Positions 54,346-64,000 of a DNA stretch of 64,000 nt are shown piece by piece. The notes under the pieces are model-generated. The model was not told the DNA's origin and did not search any database. It saw nothing but the letters and a program-made list of their open reading frames with translations. Numbering within the stretch: position 1 is the stretch's first letter; each line of letters starts with the position of its first letter. The position numbers and the translations under genes were made by a program. The DNA comes from Candidatus Margulisiibacteriota bacterium (GTDB lineage: Bacteria; Margulisbacteria; Termititenacia; Termititenacales; Termititenacaceae), in assembly GCA_031274525.1 (NCBI GenBank), contig JAISQA010000025.1:1294-65293 (forward strand), read 5' to 3'.

Positions 54346-55485
54346 CTAAAGGCTATTATACAACGTTTCCAGCCGCTTGGTAATAGCGGAGTTGAGAAAT
54401 TTGGCTCTGGCATTCCGGTCGGCGCCGGCCGACAGACGCCGCAGCTCGGCGGGATCGTTCAGCACCGCCAGTGTCTTTTGCACAAAAATTTCCAGATCAT
54501 CCGGCACCAGATAACCATCCACGCCGGATTCGATCATCTGCGACACGCCGCGCGCATCGATCGCCACGGCCGGTTTGCCGCAGGCCTTGGCTTCGGAGAG
54601 AACCAGGCCCTGCGTCTCGGTCTTACTGGCGCAGACAAACAAATCGCCGGCTTTGAGATAATCATACACTCTCGCCCGCTCCACCCGGCCGGTGAAAATA
54701 ACTTTGTCCGCGATATTTAATTCCGCGGCCAGCTTTTGCAGTGCGGCGGCGTGCGGGCCGAAAGCGACGATCATCAGCCGCGTGTCCGGCTTCTGCGCCG
54801 CAATCTTTTGAAAAGCCCGCAGGAGAAACTCGATGTTTTTCTCTTTGGAGGCGCGGCCGCAGTACATCAAAAGCGGCGTCTCCGCGGACAGGCCGTATTT
54901 TGCGCGGATGCCGTCCGGCCGGGCGGCCAGCACCGCCGCGTCTTCCACGCCGGTCGGCAGGACTTCCACACGCCGGGTCACGCCGTATTCCCGGCGCAGA
55001 ATTTCTTTGACCACCGGCGTGGGCGTGATGATCAAATCACAGCCCCGGCAAAAATCCCGGATGATCCATTTCAAAAGCGGCTCGGTAACGCAGCGCGGCA
55101 GCGGCACAAAATGCAGGTAATCCGTAAACAGCGTGTGAAAATGATACACGAACGGCACTTTTAATTTACGGGCCAGACGCCGCGCGAGATAACCCAGCTG
55201 ATACGGCGAATGGGAGTGAATGATATCCGGCTTATGGCGCTGGAGCCACCGCCAGTGCCCGCGCTTAAAAGGCCAGGCCAGCCGGAACCCCGGATACAAG
55301 CGCGTGCCCAGCGAGGGAAAACGCACGACTGCGTAACTGTCGCTGTCCTGAAAGCCCGGATAACGGGGCGCCAGCACCGTCACCTCATGGCCCAGCGTGG
55401 TCAGGCCTCTGGAAAACGCATCCACCGAAACGGTCACGCCGCTCAAATAAGGCTTGAAAGACTCTGTATAAAAATGGACTTTCAT
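54346..55485 (-). CDS. Glycosyltransferase family 4
   Basis: GT-B fold. C-terminal E-x7-E-like ...ETQGLVLSEAKACGKPAVA... motif. Confidence 0.7.
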   Translation of the reverse strand: MKVHFYTESFKPYLSGVTVSVDAFSRGLTTLGHEVTVLAPRYPGFQDSDSYAVVRFPSLGTRLYPGFRLAWPFKRGHWRWLQRHKPDIIHSHSPYQLGYLARRLARKLKVPFVYHFHTLFTDYLHFVPLPRCVTEPLLKWIIRDFCRGCDLIITPTPVVKEILRREYGVTRRVEVLPTGVEDAAVLAARPDGIRAKYGLSAETPLLMYCGRASKEKNIEFLLRAFQKIAAQKPDTRLMIVAFGPHAAALQKLAAELNIADKVIFTGRVERARVYDYLKAGDLFVCASKTETQGLVLSEAKACGKPAVAIDARGVSQMIESGVDGYLVPDDLEIFVQKTLAVLNDPAELRRLSAGADRNARAKFLNSAITKRLETLYNSL

Positions 55486-55503
55486 ATTCTAGTAATACCG
55501 CCT

Positions 55504-56472
55504 CTACTGCCAATCGGCCAGCCGCAGATGTTTTTCCAGCTCTTTCAGTCTGGAATTAAGCTCCGGCAGCTTGTTGTACAGGGCGCGGCGGCGCATCGCG
55601 CTGCCGTATTCGTCCGCGGTCGGCGTGCCATAGATTTTCGAATTGGGCGGAATGTCGCGCAAAACCGACGTCGCGGCAAAAATTACCGTATTGCTGCCGA
55701 TAGTGATATTATCACCGACACCGGCGTTGCCGGCCAGCACCACATTATCCCCCAGAGTAGAACTGCCCGCCACGCTGGCCCCGCCGGCCAGGACGCAATT
55801 CCGGCCGATCCGCACATTATGCGCCACATGCACTTTATTATCGAGCTTCGTGCCCTGCCCGATAATTGTAGAGCTCAAAGTCGCGCGGTCTATGCTGGTA
55901 TTGGCGCCGATCTCCACCCCGTCCTCGATGAGCACATTCCCTCTTTGCGGAACTTTGACCTGCCGGCCGGTTTTATCCTGAACATAGCCAAATCCGTCCG
56001 CCCCGATGACCGCATTGGCCTGAATAATACAATCGCGGCCGACCACACAGCCCGCGTAAACCACCACGCCCGGATACAGAATGGTATTGTCGCCAATCCG
56101 GGCGCGGGCGCCGATATAGACCAGCGGATAGACCGTCACGTTCCGGCCCAGCGCCGCTGACGGGTCGATAAAAGCCCTGTCCGAGACGCCCGCCGTCGGC
56201 TGTTCCGGGAAAAAAATCTCCAGCAATTCAATCAGAACTTCTTTGCCTTTGTCCGTGATAATCCGGGGACAGGCCAATTCAGGAAGGTCTTTATTCAGGA
56301 TCACACAGTGCGGCGTGCGGCCTTTTAGTTCATCCAGCGCTTTGCGCAAGACAGCCAGACAGACCGAACCGGGCCGGGCGCAGTCCGCCGCTTCGACCAG
56401 CGCCGTGAGCTGAACATCCGTGCCGACCAGCCGGCCGCCGATTTTTTCCGCCAGCTCTTTAGCCGTCAGCAT
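55504..56472 (-). CDS. lpxD: UDP-3-O-(3-hydroxyacyl)glucosamine N-acyltransferase
   Basis: Left-handed beta-helix hexapeptide repeats. N-terminal LAEKIGGRL... 322 aa. Located downstream of skp. Confidence 0.85.
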   Translation of the reverse strand: MLTAKELAEKIGGRLVGTDVQLTALVEAADCARPGSVCLAVLRKALDELKGRTPHCVILNKDLPELACPRIITDKGKEVLIELLEIFFPEQPTAGVSDRAFIDPSAALGRNVTVYPLVYIGARARIGDNTILYPGVVVYAGCVVGRDCIIQANAVIGADGFGYVQDKTGRQVKVPQRGNVLIEDGVEIGANTSIDRATLSSTIIGQGTKLDNKVHVAHNVRIGRNCVLAGGASVAGSSTLGDNVVLAGNAGVGDNITIGSNTVIFAATSVLRDIPPNSKIYGTPTADEYGSAMRRRALYNKLPELNSRLKELEKHLRLADWQ

Positions 56473-56927
56473 TATTTTTTCTTATTCAGCCTGTTGACCA
56501 CAGAGTCCGTCAGATCCAAACCGCCGGCGATAACCACCTGTTTATCCACGACCACATCTATGCCGACTTCCTTGGCCACCGCCTCGACCGCGGTCACAAT
56601 ATCCTTGCGGATTTTGACCATTTGCTCCTCATTGAGCATTTTAATTTCCGCCTCTTTGGGATCCAGCTCTTTCTGCATTTTTTCCCGGATTTTATCCTGT
56701 TCTTTTTCGGACTTGCCGTCAATCTTCGCGTCATCCAGCTCCTGCTGGTATTTGGCCAGAGCTTTCTTATAATCTTTCATTTTGTTATTGATCTCTTCCT
56801 GGGCTGTTTTGGTCTTGGTATAGCCTTTAAAAACCTGCTCCACGTCGATAAAACCCACCGTCGCCGCCAGCGAAAAGCTCAGCAGAATCAGCGCGCTCAG
56901 CACAATTTTGGCAAATTTCATGTTCAT
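56472..56927 (-). CDS. skp: Periplasmic chaperone Skp/OmpH
   Basis: ATG 56927 follows a GGAGAGG RBS. Signal peptide. Charged coiled-coil protein of ~150 aa between bamA and lpxD. Confidence 0.75.
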   Translation of the reverse strand: MNMKFAKIVLSALILLSFSLAATVGFIDVEQVFKGYTKTKTAQEEINNKMKDYKKALAKYQQELDDAKIDGKSEKEQDKIREKMQKELDPKEAEIKMLNEEQMVKIRKDIVTAVEAVAKEVGIDVVVDKQVVIAGGLDLTDSVVNRLNKKK

Positions 56928-57162
56928 CCTCTCCTTCAAAAAATTAGCACCTTTTTTAAATTCTAGCATAGAGTGAATTTTGGCAACAGGGATTGGTTTG
57001 GGCCCCAAACCCCGCTCCGGGAACAAAAGGGAAAGTTAATTGTAGCCCGGAGCCGGAACAAAGCCAGAGGTCTCTACAATAACAATGGCGGTCTGCGCCG
57101 CCCGCAGATACGCTTGCAAATATTCCGCTTTGCTGAGCTGCCGTTCTCTCTGCATATTTTAG

Positions 57163-59217
57163 TTAGAATGTATTCCCCATATTAAAACTCAAGAAACCGT
57201 CGGCAAATTCTTTGTACTGCGGCCAGCCGTAATCGAGGCGGATCGGCCCCATTGGCGTGATAACGCGCACGCCAAACCCCTGACTGGAGCCCCAGCCGTG
57301 CTGATTGGTAAAATTGCGGTCGGCATCCAGCGGATCATCCACCGGCTGCACGGCCTGCCCGATATCATAAAAAAGCACCCCGACAAACATCTCGGTAAAA
57401 ATATAACGGTATTCAATATTAAAAACCGCGCGCTCATTGCCTTTGGCAAAAACGGACTGATAGCCGCGCACCGTCGAATCGCTGCCCACATAATACTGCT
57501 CGGCCGGCAGAATATCCCCCAGCTGATAATCATACATCTCCCGGAAAGCCAGCACCTGCTTCTCCGCCAGCGGAAAAAACTGATTGAGCTGCAGGCCGTA
57601 ACGGGAAGCGTTGATACTGCCGCCCAGAATTTTGCTGGAATGATCCATGTAAAAAGAATTGTACAGGCCGGTGGTCGGGTTCATCCACTGATCGCGCGAA
57701 TCATAGGCAATAAAATAACCGACCGCCCGATCCTGATAATCCAGCGTGCGGTCGTCGGTATTGAACACATCCTCATAGCGGAAAGTAAAAGTATCGCTGA
57801 TATTTTTTGTCCGGCGGAAACCGACGGTCGTCGACCAGCCGTTGCGCAGCTCGCGCTGGCCGGAAAGATAATTGTAGCCGTAAGTCGACCACAGCTTGCC
57901 GGTAAAAGAAGTCTTATTGTCCCACATCCAGGGATTGTGATAACGGATCTGATAGGAAGTGATCTTCTCCGCAAACTGCGACTTAAAAAGCAGCGACTGG
58001 CCGGAGCCCAGCAGATTGTCCAGAAAAAGATCGGCAAAACCGAACCAGCCCTGAATCTGGCCGTAGCCGCCGCCGAAATTGACCGAGCTGGTTTTCTTTT
58101 CCTCGACCCGCAGATCCAGATCGATCTTGCCGGTCTCTTCATTGAGGCGGATGTCCGGTACCAGCGAGGAGAAATAATTAAGATTGTACACATTGCGCAG
58201 ATCCTCGCGCAGCAGCGCGGCATTGAACACATCGCCGGACTTCAGATCCATTTCCCGCATGATGACCTGCTTCTGCGTGACCGTATTGCCGATAATACGG
58301 ATCGCACCCAGCTCGCCCTCAGAGATCCGGTAAGTCAGCGTATAGTCATTGTCCGCGGCCGGCCGCTCGATAGCGTCGATCCGGGCAAAAATATAATCTT
58401 TGTCCCGGTACAGACGCTCGACCGCCACCATGTCTTTTTGCAGCTGGCGGGTGGCCAGAATCTCGCCGGTCTTAAGCTCCATGACTGCCAGCAGCTCCGC
58501 GGCGGACAGCGCGCGGTTGCCTTCGATTTTAATCTGCTGGAGTTTGGGGTTTTCATAAACTATGTAGGCCAGCACTGTTTTATAATCTTTGGTCGCTTTG
58601 GTGTACTCTACTCTCTCAAAAAAACCCAGATCCAGCAGCCTCTGCCGGTTGACTTCCGCGCGCAGCTCCGAATAAAAATCGCCGGGACGAATAAGCAGAG
58701 CCTCCTGCACAGCCGCCGCCAGCTGCTCCGGGATAGGTTGCGGGCCTTTGTTCTCGACCAGAATATCGCTGATCGGGTACGCAATATTCAGTTCCGTATT
58801 TTCCTCTAGCTGATAATCCTCTGTGTCCTCCGTGCCGGGCGCCGCCAGCTGCAAAACAAGACGCAGCGGCAGCGGCCCTTCGTCCAGTTTTTCCGGCAGG
58901 GTATAGCGGCCGACCCATTCGCCGGGCGTGTAATCAAAAAAGTCCAGGGTCTGGCCCAGAATGACCGCCTGAACATAATCCACCGGAGCGTCCGGGTCGT
59001 TTATTTTGAGATTGATCGTCACGGTCTGTCCCGGCGCGTAAGCGCTGTCCAGCGTATAGGTATAGAGCGGCAGGTTTTCTGCCGCCGGCTCCAGTCTAAG
59101 CGCGCGGATCGGATTACCGGTCGGCGCTTCCGGAGGCGACAAAATTTCGTCCAGCTCCAGCGCGGCCAAAGCGATACTCCCCAGGAAAAACACCAGCAAC
59201 AGTTTGCGCGTAAGCAT
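57163..59217 (-). CDS. bamA: Outer membrane protein assembly factor BamA (Omp85) with POTRA domains
   Basis: 684 aa. POTRA repeats. C-terminal beta-barrel ending ...FNMGNTF. Located upstream of skp-lpxD. Confidence 0.85.
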   Translation of the reverse strand: MLTRKLLLVFFLGSIALAALELDEILSPPEAPTGNPIRALRLEPAAENLPLYTYTLDSAYAPGQTVTINLKINDPDAPVDYVQAVILGQTLDFFDYTPGEWVGRYTLPEKLDEGPLPLRLVLQLAAPGTEDTEDYQLEENTELNIAYPISDILVENKGPQPIPEQLAAAVQEALLIRPGDFYSELRAEVNRQRLLDLGFFERVEYTKATKDYKTVLAYIVYENPKLQQIKIEGNRALSAAELLAVMELKTGEILATRQLQKDMVAVERLYRDKDYIFARIDAIERPAADNDYTLTYRISEGELGAIRIIGNTVTQKQVIMREMDLKSGDVFNAALLREDLRNVYNLNYFSSLVPDIRLNEETGKIDLDLRVEEKKTSSVNFGGGYGQIQGWFGFADLFLDNLLGSGQSLLFKSQFAEKITSYQIRYHNPWMWDNKTSFTGKLWSTYGYNYLSGQRELRNGWSTTVGFRRTKNISDTFTFRYEDVFNTDDRTLDYQDRAVGYFIAYDSRDQWMNPTTGLYNSFYMDHSSKILGGSINASRYGLQLNQFFPLAEKQVLAFREMYDYQLGDILPAEQYYVGSDSTVRGYQSVFAKGNERAVFNIEYRYIFTEMFVGVLFYDIGQAVQPVDDPLDADRNFTNQHGWGSSQGFGVRVITPMGPIRLDYGWPQYKEFADGFLSFNMGNTF

Positions 59218-59241
59218 AAGCGTAATAATAACCTGTTTTAA

Positions 59242-61071
59242 CTAAAATGTATAACCCAGACCAAAATGAAAAATCCAGTACAGTTCGCCCCGGCCGAGAT
59301 CAAAACGCAGCGGGCCGATCGGCGTGGTCACCCGCAAACCCAGGCCATAGCCGGATTTGAACTCTTTGACCGAGACTTCCGGCGAAGTAAAAGCGTGGCC
59401 CCAGTCGTAAAACAAAACACCCTGCCAGTGTTCATTGAAAATATAGCGGTATTCCGCGTTGAGCAGGATCATTTTGGGGCCGACGGCAAAAGGCTCTGTG
59501 TCCGCATAACCGCGCACCGTGGCGCTGCCGCCCATAGAATATTCCTCACCTTCCAGAATATTCTTTTCCCGCGCGGAAACATAGACGCCGCTGCGATAAT
59601 TCAAACCGATGATATGATTGTTTTCCGCCAGCGGCATAAAGCGGGAGTACTGCACTTCCGTGCGGTGAAAACTCACACCGCCCAGATCAAATAAGATCTC
59701 GCCCAAAAGATCCGCGCGGCCGCCTTTTTCCAGACGCAGCTGAAAAATATCACCGTCCGCCACAATGCCGGTGTCGCCCAGATAATGCAGGGCATTGTAG
59801 GTATACACCGCGGACAAGGAGCGTTTGAGATAGTGAATAGCCGGACTGAGCTGCACATCTTCCTGCACAAACTCATCCTTGTACTCAAAGAGCAGCTGAT
59901 ACTGCGGGCCAAAGGGCAGCGGCATATTCAAATCCGTGGCAAAACCATCGCGGCGGATCGGCAGCAGACTGTCCACTCCGCTTTGCGGGTTGCGCAGGGT
60001 CTCATAACCGACACCCAGATATTTAGAAATACCCCAGGACATATCGCGAAAAAGAAACCAGGGATAATAATAACGCAGGCGGTAATTAAATTTGGGCAGC
60101 GCGTCCTTTCTGCGGTACTCCTGACCATACTGCACATTGAGCTGGATCTGCTCGCCGGTCTTGAAGAGATTGATCAAGCTCAAGCGCGAGAAAGCAAACT
60201 GTTCCTGCGAGGTCACGCCCAGTCCCGCGCTGAGCAGGCTTTTTTTCTTTTCCCGGACTTGCAGGTACAAATCGACCGCGCCGGGCTCTTCGGCCGGCGC
60301 CACTTCCGGCAGCAGCACCGTGGAAAAATAACCGAGGCGGAAAATCCGCATCCGGTCGGCATAGAGCGCATTGCTGTTGTAGACCGCGCCCTTTTGCAGG
60401 CTCATTTCTCTTAAAATCAAATCCGGCGGCGCATCCACATTGCCGGTGACCGTCACGGCATTGATAACCGGCTCCAGGATCTGCACGCGCAAAATACCAT
60501 TGTCAGAAATATCCACCTGCTCCACCGAAGATAATTCATAACCGCTGCGCCGGTACAGCCGATCCAGCCGCTCAATATCCCCGGACAGCGTGCGGTAATT
60601 CAACTGCTCCTGCGGCCGGTTCAGCCAGATGCGTTCAATTTTTTTCAAGTCCAGCGATTTATTGCCGATAAAATCCACCGAGCGGATGACCGGGTTTTCC
60701 TGCACGACAAAAACTACTTTCAGGCCGTTATTATAGGGCTGCAAATCCGCATCGACGGAGCGGAAGCCGCCGAGGGACATCACCCGGCGCAGGTCATCCT
60801 GCAGCAGAGCATAATCCAGACGCCGACCGTGCCGCGTCCGGATCTGCGCACGCGTTAAAATATCCTCCTGACTGTAGATCCGGTTGCCGCTGACCTCCAG
60901 CGCCAGCACCGGAGCGCCGGGATAAAAATCTTCGCCGCCCCGGACGCGGCCGGTAGACTCCACCGGCTCCGCCGGTGTGTAAGCGGGCGCGCTATCTGCC
61001 GGCGCGGCCCCCAGCAGGCCGCAGCAGCAAAACAAAATTAAAATTAGTTTATGCATCCTAAACTCCATCAA
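59242..61071 (-). CDS. Second Omp85-family (BamA/TamA-like) outer membrane protein
   Basis: Signal peptide (probable start MHKLILILF at ~61056). POTRA-like region. Barrel ending ...HFGLGYTF. Lies between the TamB-like gene and bamA. Confidence 0.7.
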   Translation of the reverse strand: MMEFRMHKLILILFCCCGLLGAAPADSAPAYTPAEPVESTGRVRGGEDFYPGAPVLALEVSGNRIYSQEDILTRAQIRTRHGRRLDYALLQDDLRRVMSLGGFRSVDADLQPYNNGLKVVFVVQENPVIRSVDFIGNKSLDLKKIERIWLNRPQEQLNYRTLSGDIERLDRLYRRSGYELSSVEQVDISDNGILRVQILEPVINAVTVTGNVDAPPDLILREMSLQKGAVYNSNALYADRMRIFRLGYFSTVLLPEVAPAEEPGAVDLYLQVREKKKSLLSAGLGVTSQEQFAFSRLSLINLFKTGEQIQLNVQYGQEYRRKDALPKFNYRLRYYYPWFLFRDMSWGISKYLGVGYETLRNPQSGVDSLLPIRRDGFATDLNMPLPFGPQYQLLFEYKDEFVQEDVQLSPAIHYLKRSLSAVYTYNALHYLGDTGIVADGDIFQLRLEKGGRADLLGEILFDLGGVSFHRTEVQYSRFMPLAENNHIIGLNYRSGVYVSAREKNILEGEEYSMGGSATVRGYADTEPFAVGPKMILLNAEYRYIFNEHWQGVLFYDWGHAFTSPEVSVKEFKSGYGLGLRVTTPIGPLRFDLGRGELYWIFHFGLGYTF

Positions 61072-64000
61072 AAACTGTGCAGCATTTCCAGCGACAGCAC
61101 CGGCACATAGTCGTTCTGCAAAATATCCAGTTCGCTGCCGATATTCAAAGACAGCTCGTCAATAAAATAATTTTTTAAAATTTTACAGGTCAGCTTATAA
61201 GAGTTTACTGTAATATTGATATTTCTGGTCTGCAGATTGCGGTCAAAGTTGGTGTCCAGTCTGAAGAACAGGCGTTCTTTCCAGAGCTCTTTGACCAGCT
61301 CCAGTCCGAATAGATACTCGGTCTGCGCGGCAAGGGTATCCTCCGCGGCGGGCAGCGCGGTCTGCGCCTCCAGATTGGCCAGACGCGCCGCGTCCTGACC
61401 GAGATCGCGCTTGATGCGCACATCATACAAGCCCGTCCACTCCGCGGCGGCTTTCTCCGCCGGCTTGAGCAGAGAGCGCATCAGCAGATTGATCTCCGTG
61501 ATCGTCAAATCCCGCAGGGTCTCGCGGGTCGCGTCATTTACCGTCTGCGCGCCGGTGCCTCTGGACAGAGCGATCGCGGATTTGATGAAAGGCGGCGAGA
61601 TCGCGTAAGCCAGCTCCTGAAAACGGGACTGCTCGATAGTCCGTCCGGTCTGCGGATCGCGCAGCGCGTACGGCTCGCCGTCCAGAACATACACCAGATT
61701 TTCTTTTTTATATCTTTCAAACGTAATGGACGACAGGTCAAAAATCGAACCGTTCATGAAAACCAGATAATCGCTCTCGGTCGTGATCGTCTGCGGCTCC
61801 GGCTCCGCCTCCGCGTCAGCCGAGACAGCCAGAGAGCCTGTCACGAGCTGCGTGTCATACACGGTGGTCTGCGCCACAGCGACAATATGCGGCTCCAGCG
61901 TGAATTTTTCTGTCACCACAAATTCCAGATAATTGTCCTGCGGCCGGTGCAGGGGCTGGGACAGGAAATATTTTTCCTGTTCGCGCGACTCCAGTAGCGT
62001 AAATTTACGGTTGATAAAGCTGAAATAGCCGTCCTCTAAAAAAATCCGGCCGTCCACGCGCAGAAAATTGGTCGAGCCGCTGATCTGCACCGGCGGATTC
62101 TCATCGCGCAGGCCGATATTGATCTGATTGAGGAAGCTGGAAAACTCGCCGGTCAAAAGCAGCGAATCGCCGGACAGCACGCGCACATCATTGCGCACAT
62201 TGAGCTCCAGATCCAGCTGCACCGCCAGATTTTTCTCGGACCTGACGCTCGGCGGCCGATCCGTCTTAAAGAGATACAGGCTGCCATTGGCAAAAGACAG
62301 TGAGCCGTCCAGCAGCGGGCCCACCGGCTCATTGTCCCGGATGCGTCTGCTCAGTCTGGAGCGGGCGGCAGGGTTGAGCGGGATCAGCAGCTCGCCGTGC
62401 AGGCCGATATCCTGCAGGGCAAAATCGCCGTTATAGACATTGCGGATATTCAACCGGCCCCGTACATCCTCCAGAGCCAGATTGCTATCCAGTACCAATT
62501 GTTCCGGCGCGCGCAGGCTCCAGCCCCGCAGCTGGACGCCGCCGGACAAAGTCAGGGGCGGCGTGTACTGGTCATAGCTGCGCAAAAGGAATTCCAGCTC
62601 TTTAACCTGCAGGGCATTATTCTGCAAACCCAGCACGGCGCGGCGGATCAAAATCTCCTGAAAATAATTATTGTCCAGCTCGATGCGGGTGCCCGCCAGA
62701 TCCAGAGAATCTGCGGACAAAAGCGGTGTGTCCAGCGTGCCGCGCAGCGTCAGCGCAATATTGCCGGAGCTGCTCACCGCGCCGATATTCTGGACGAACG
62801 GCGAGAACAAAACCAGATCCCCGCCGTTCAGGTTCAGCCGCAGGTCGATATTATCCTGTCTGTACCGCTCATCCCACAAGCCCAGCAGCGGAAATTTACC
62901 GGCCAAAAGCTCCCGCGCCTCGCGGCGGCCGCGCAGCAAATTCACCTCATTAAAATAAATACTGCCGTCCCTGATCAGCGCGCTCATTCTTAATTTATCA
63001 TAGTCCACGCCGGCCACGGTCAAGCCGTCAAAATCCACATTCGCGCTGATCCGCCCGGCGTTGGTAACCGCGCTGATCCGCACGTTTTGCGCACGCTGTC
63101 CCTGCAAGACGCCGTCCCGCACGGACAGATCCGCGGCGAGGCTCAGCTCGCCGTCCCGGCTGGACAGCGCCGCGCGGCCGCGCAGCCGGCCCTGCACATC
63201 CAGCGTCCTGTCGGCGTCTTCCGGCGCCGCCGCCGGTATAAATTCTGCAAATTTATCCAGCACCGCGCCGCCGTACTCCACATACAGCGGGCCCGGCGGC
63301 AGCACCACCGGCTGGATCCGCAGGGTCTGCTGGCTGCCAGCCTGCAGGCGCTGCTGCACGTCGAGATAGGTCGCTTCGGCCCGGCGGGCAAAATCATGAG
63401 CGGCGGCCAGATTGACCGAGACGTCAATATCCGCGCTGACCTGCAGCCGCGGCCAGAGCGGCCCGGCGCCTTCCGTCAGCCGCGCCTGCATATCGCCGGC
63501 CAGCTGGCTGTCCGCCAGATCGAGCAGCACCCCGCGCAAAGCAAACCCGTCGGCATCCGCGGCGATATTCCCGGCCAGCCGCGCCACCTGCAAATCGGAA
63601 TACTGCAAATCAGCCAGATTGAGCCGGCCGTCCAGCGAGAGCTGTTTGTTCCGCCAGAAAACCCCGCCGGTAAAATCCACCTGCCCCGCGCCGTCCGGAA
63701 AATATTTTTGAAAAACACTGTTCTGCGCCAAATCCAAACTGGCTTTGTTTACGCTGACCGCGATATTATTTTCGGCATCGCCGGCCAGCGCCAGCCGCAG
63801 CCAGGCCTGCTCGTCCGGCAGAGTGTCGGATACGCTCAATGCATAAGCCTGTCCGACGCCGTAGTCCGCGCTGACCAGCAGTTCCTGCCCATTAAGCCGC
63901 AAAATTGTGTCTGTGGTGCGCAGACGGTTGTCCTGCCAGACAAAAGTACCGTGCAAACTTTCGAGCTTCTGCTGATAAAATTCCAGACCGTCTGTTTTAA
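61068..64000 (-). CDS. tamB: TamB/AsmA-like translocation-and-assembly-module protein, C-terminal >960 aa; N-terminus lies beyond the window
   Basis: Frame stays open to nt 64000. Long beta-rich repetitive protein with a DUF490-like C-terminus. Adjacent to Omp85 genes. Confidence 0.6.
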   Translation of the reverse strand, partial: KTDGLEFYQQKLESLHGTFVWQDNRLRTTDTILRLNGQELLVSADYGVGQAYALSVSDTLPDEQAWLRLALAGDAENNIAVSVNKASLDLAQNSVFQKYFPDGAGQVDFTGGVFWRNKQLSLDGRLNLADLQYSDLQVARLAGNIAADADGFALRGVLLDLADSQLAGDMQARLTEGAGPLWPRLQVSADIDVSVNLAAAHDFARRAEATYLDVQQRLQAGSQQTLRIQPVVLPPGPLYVEYGGAVLDKFAEFIPAAAPEDADRTLDVQGRLRGRAALSSRDGELSLAADLSVRDGVLQGQRAQNVRISAVTNAGRISANVDFDGLTVAGVDYDKLRMSALIRDGSIYFNEVNLLRGRREARELLAGKFPLLGLWDERYRQDNIDLRLNLNGGDLVLFSPFVQNIGAVSSSGNIALTLRGTLDTPLLSADSLDLAGTRIELDNNYFQEILIRRAVLGLQNNALQVKELEFLLRSYDQYTPPLTLSGGVQLRGWSLRAPEQLVLDSNLALEDVRGRLNIRNVYNGDFALQDIGLHGELLIPLNPAARSRLSRRIRDNEPVGPLLDGSLSFANGSLYLFKTDRPPSVRSEKNLAVQLDLELNVRNDVRVLSGDSLLLTGEFSSFLNQINIGLRDENPPVQISGSTNFLRVDGRIFLEDGYFSFINRKFTLLESREQEKYFLSQPLHRPQDNYLEFVVTEKFTLEPHIVAVAQTTVYDTQLVTGSLAVSADAEAEPEPQTITTESDYLVFMNGSIFDLSSITFERYKKENLVYVLDGEPYALRDPQTGRTIEQSRFQELAYAISPPFIKSAIALSRGTGAQTVNDATRETLRDLTITEINLLMRSLLKPAEKAAAEWTGLYDVRIKRDLGQDAARLANLEAQTALPAAEDTLAAQTEYLFGLELVKELWKERLFFRLDTNFDRNLQTRNINITVNSYKLTCKILKNYFIDELSLNIGSELDILQNDYVPVLSLEMLHSF

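Overview
This window is about 64 kb of chromosome from a diderm, LPS-producing bacterium. The backbone is roughly 58-62% GC and carries conserved housekeeping genes: htpG (5' truncated by the window edge), an Lpd-like flavoprotein, a PEP-utilizing phosphotransferase, recN, lpxB, a class A PBP, tyrS, a parvulin PPIase, ispE, a GH116 glycosidase, nadB, a UDP-sugar dehydrogenase, ispG, ribD, lepB, rplS, a radical SAM protein, lpxC, a GT4 glycosyltransferase, lpxD, skp, bamA, a second Omp85 paralog and a TamB-like gene that runs off the right edge. Three low-GC accessory segments interrupt this backbone. (1) A ~7.5 kb integrative element sits between 33-bp direct repeats that duplicate the 5' part of tRNA-Pro (6147..6179 and 13662..13694). 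It carries a tyrosine integrase, a small basic Xis-like ORF, terS, terL, a T7-type portal, a scaffold-like protein, two tandem RHH proteins and a small membrane protein, but no capsid, tail, lysis or replication genes, so it is a prophage remnant or satellite-like element. (2) An orphan PIN-domain gene lies between tRNA-Pro and tRNA-Gly(CCC). (3) A ~8.6 kb defense island lies downstream of tRNA-Glu(CUC). It holds a Dcm-type C5 methyltransferase with a Mig/MutY-like HhH-GPD mismatch glycosylase, a disrupted AAA_13 (PrrC/RloC-like) ATPase gene with one frameshift and one in-frame TAG, and an AlwI-family type IIS R-M operon (REase, two D12 adenine MTases with one fused to an N-terminal RadC/JAB domain, C protein). 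About 50-bp GC-rich inverted repeats bracket the AAA_13 plus R-M cassette. Other notable items are a DnaA-box cluster with an AT-rich tract between ispE and a ComGA/GspE-like ATPase (oriC-like); a tail-collar (MdpB-like) protein with an internal 2x93-bp repeat and HxH motifs, divergent from an XRE regulator; a MurE-like ligase lacking its N-terminal domain and preceded by a 2x98-bp tandem repeat that duplicates its RBS and start codon; a TauE/SafE exporter encoded as two half-size genes; and tRNA-Ser(GGA) with its terminator. No CRISPR array or rRNA was seen. All calls are from reading the sequence and motif recognition; no database search was possible.
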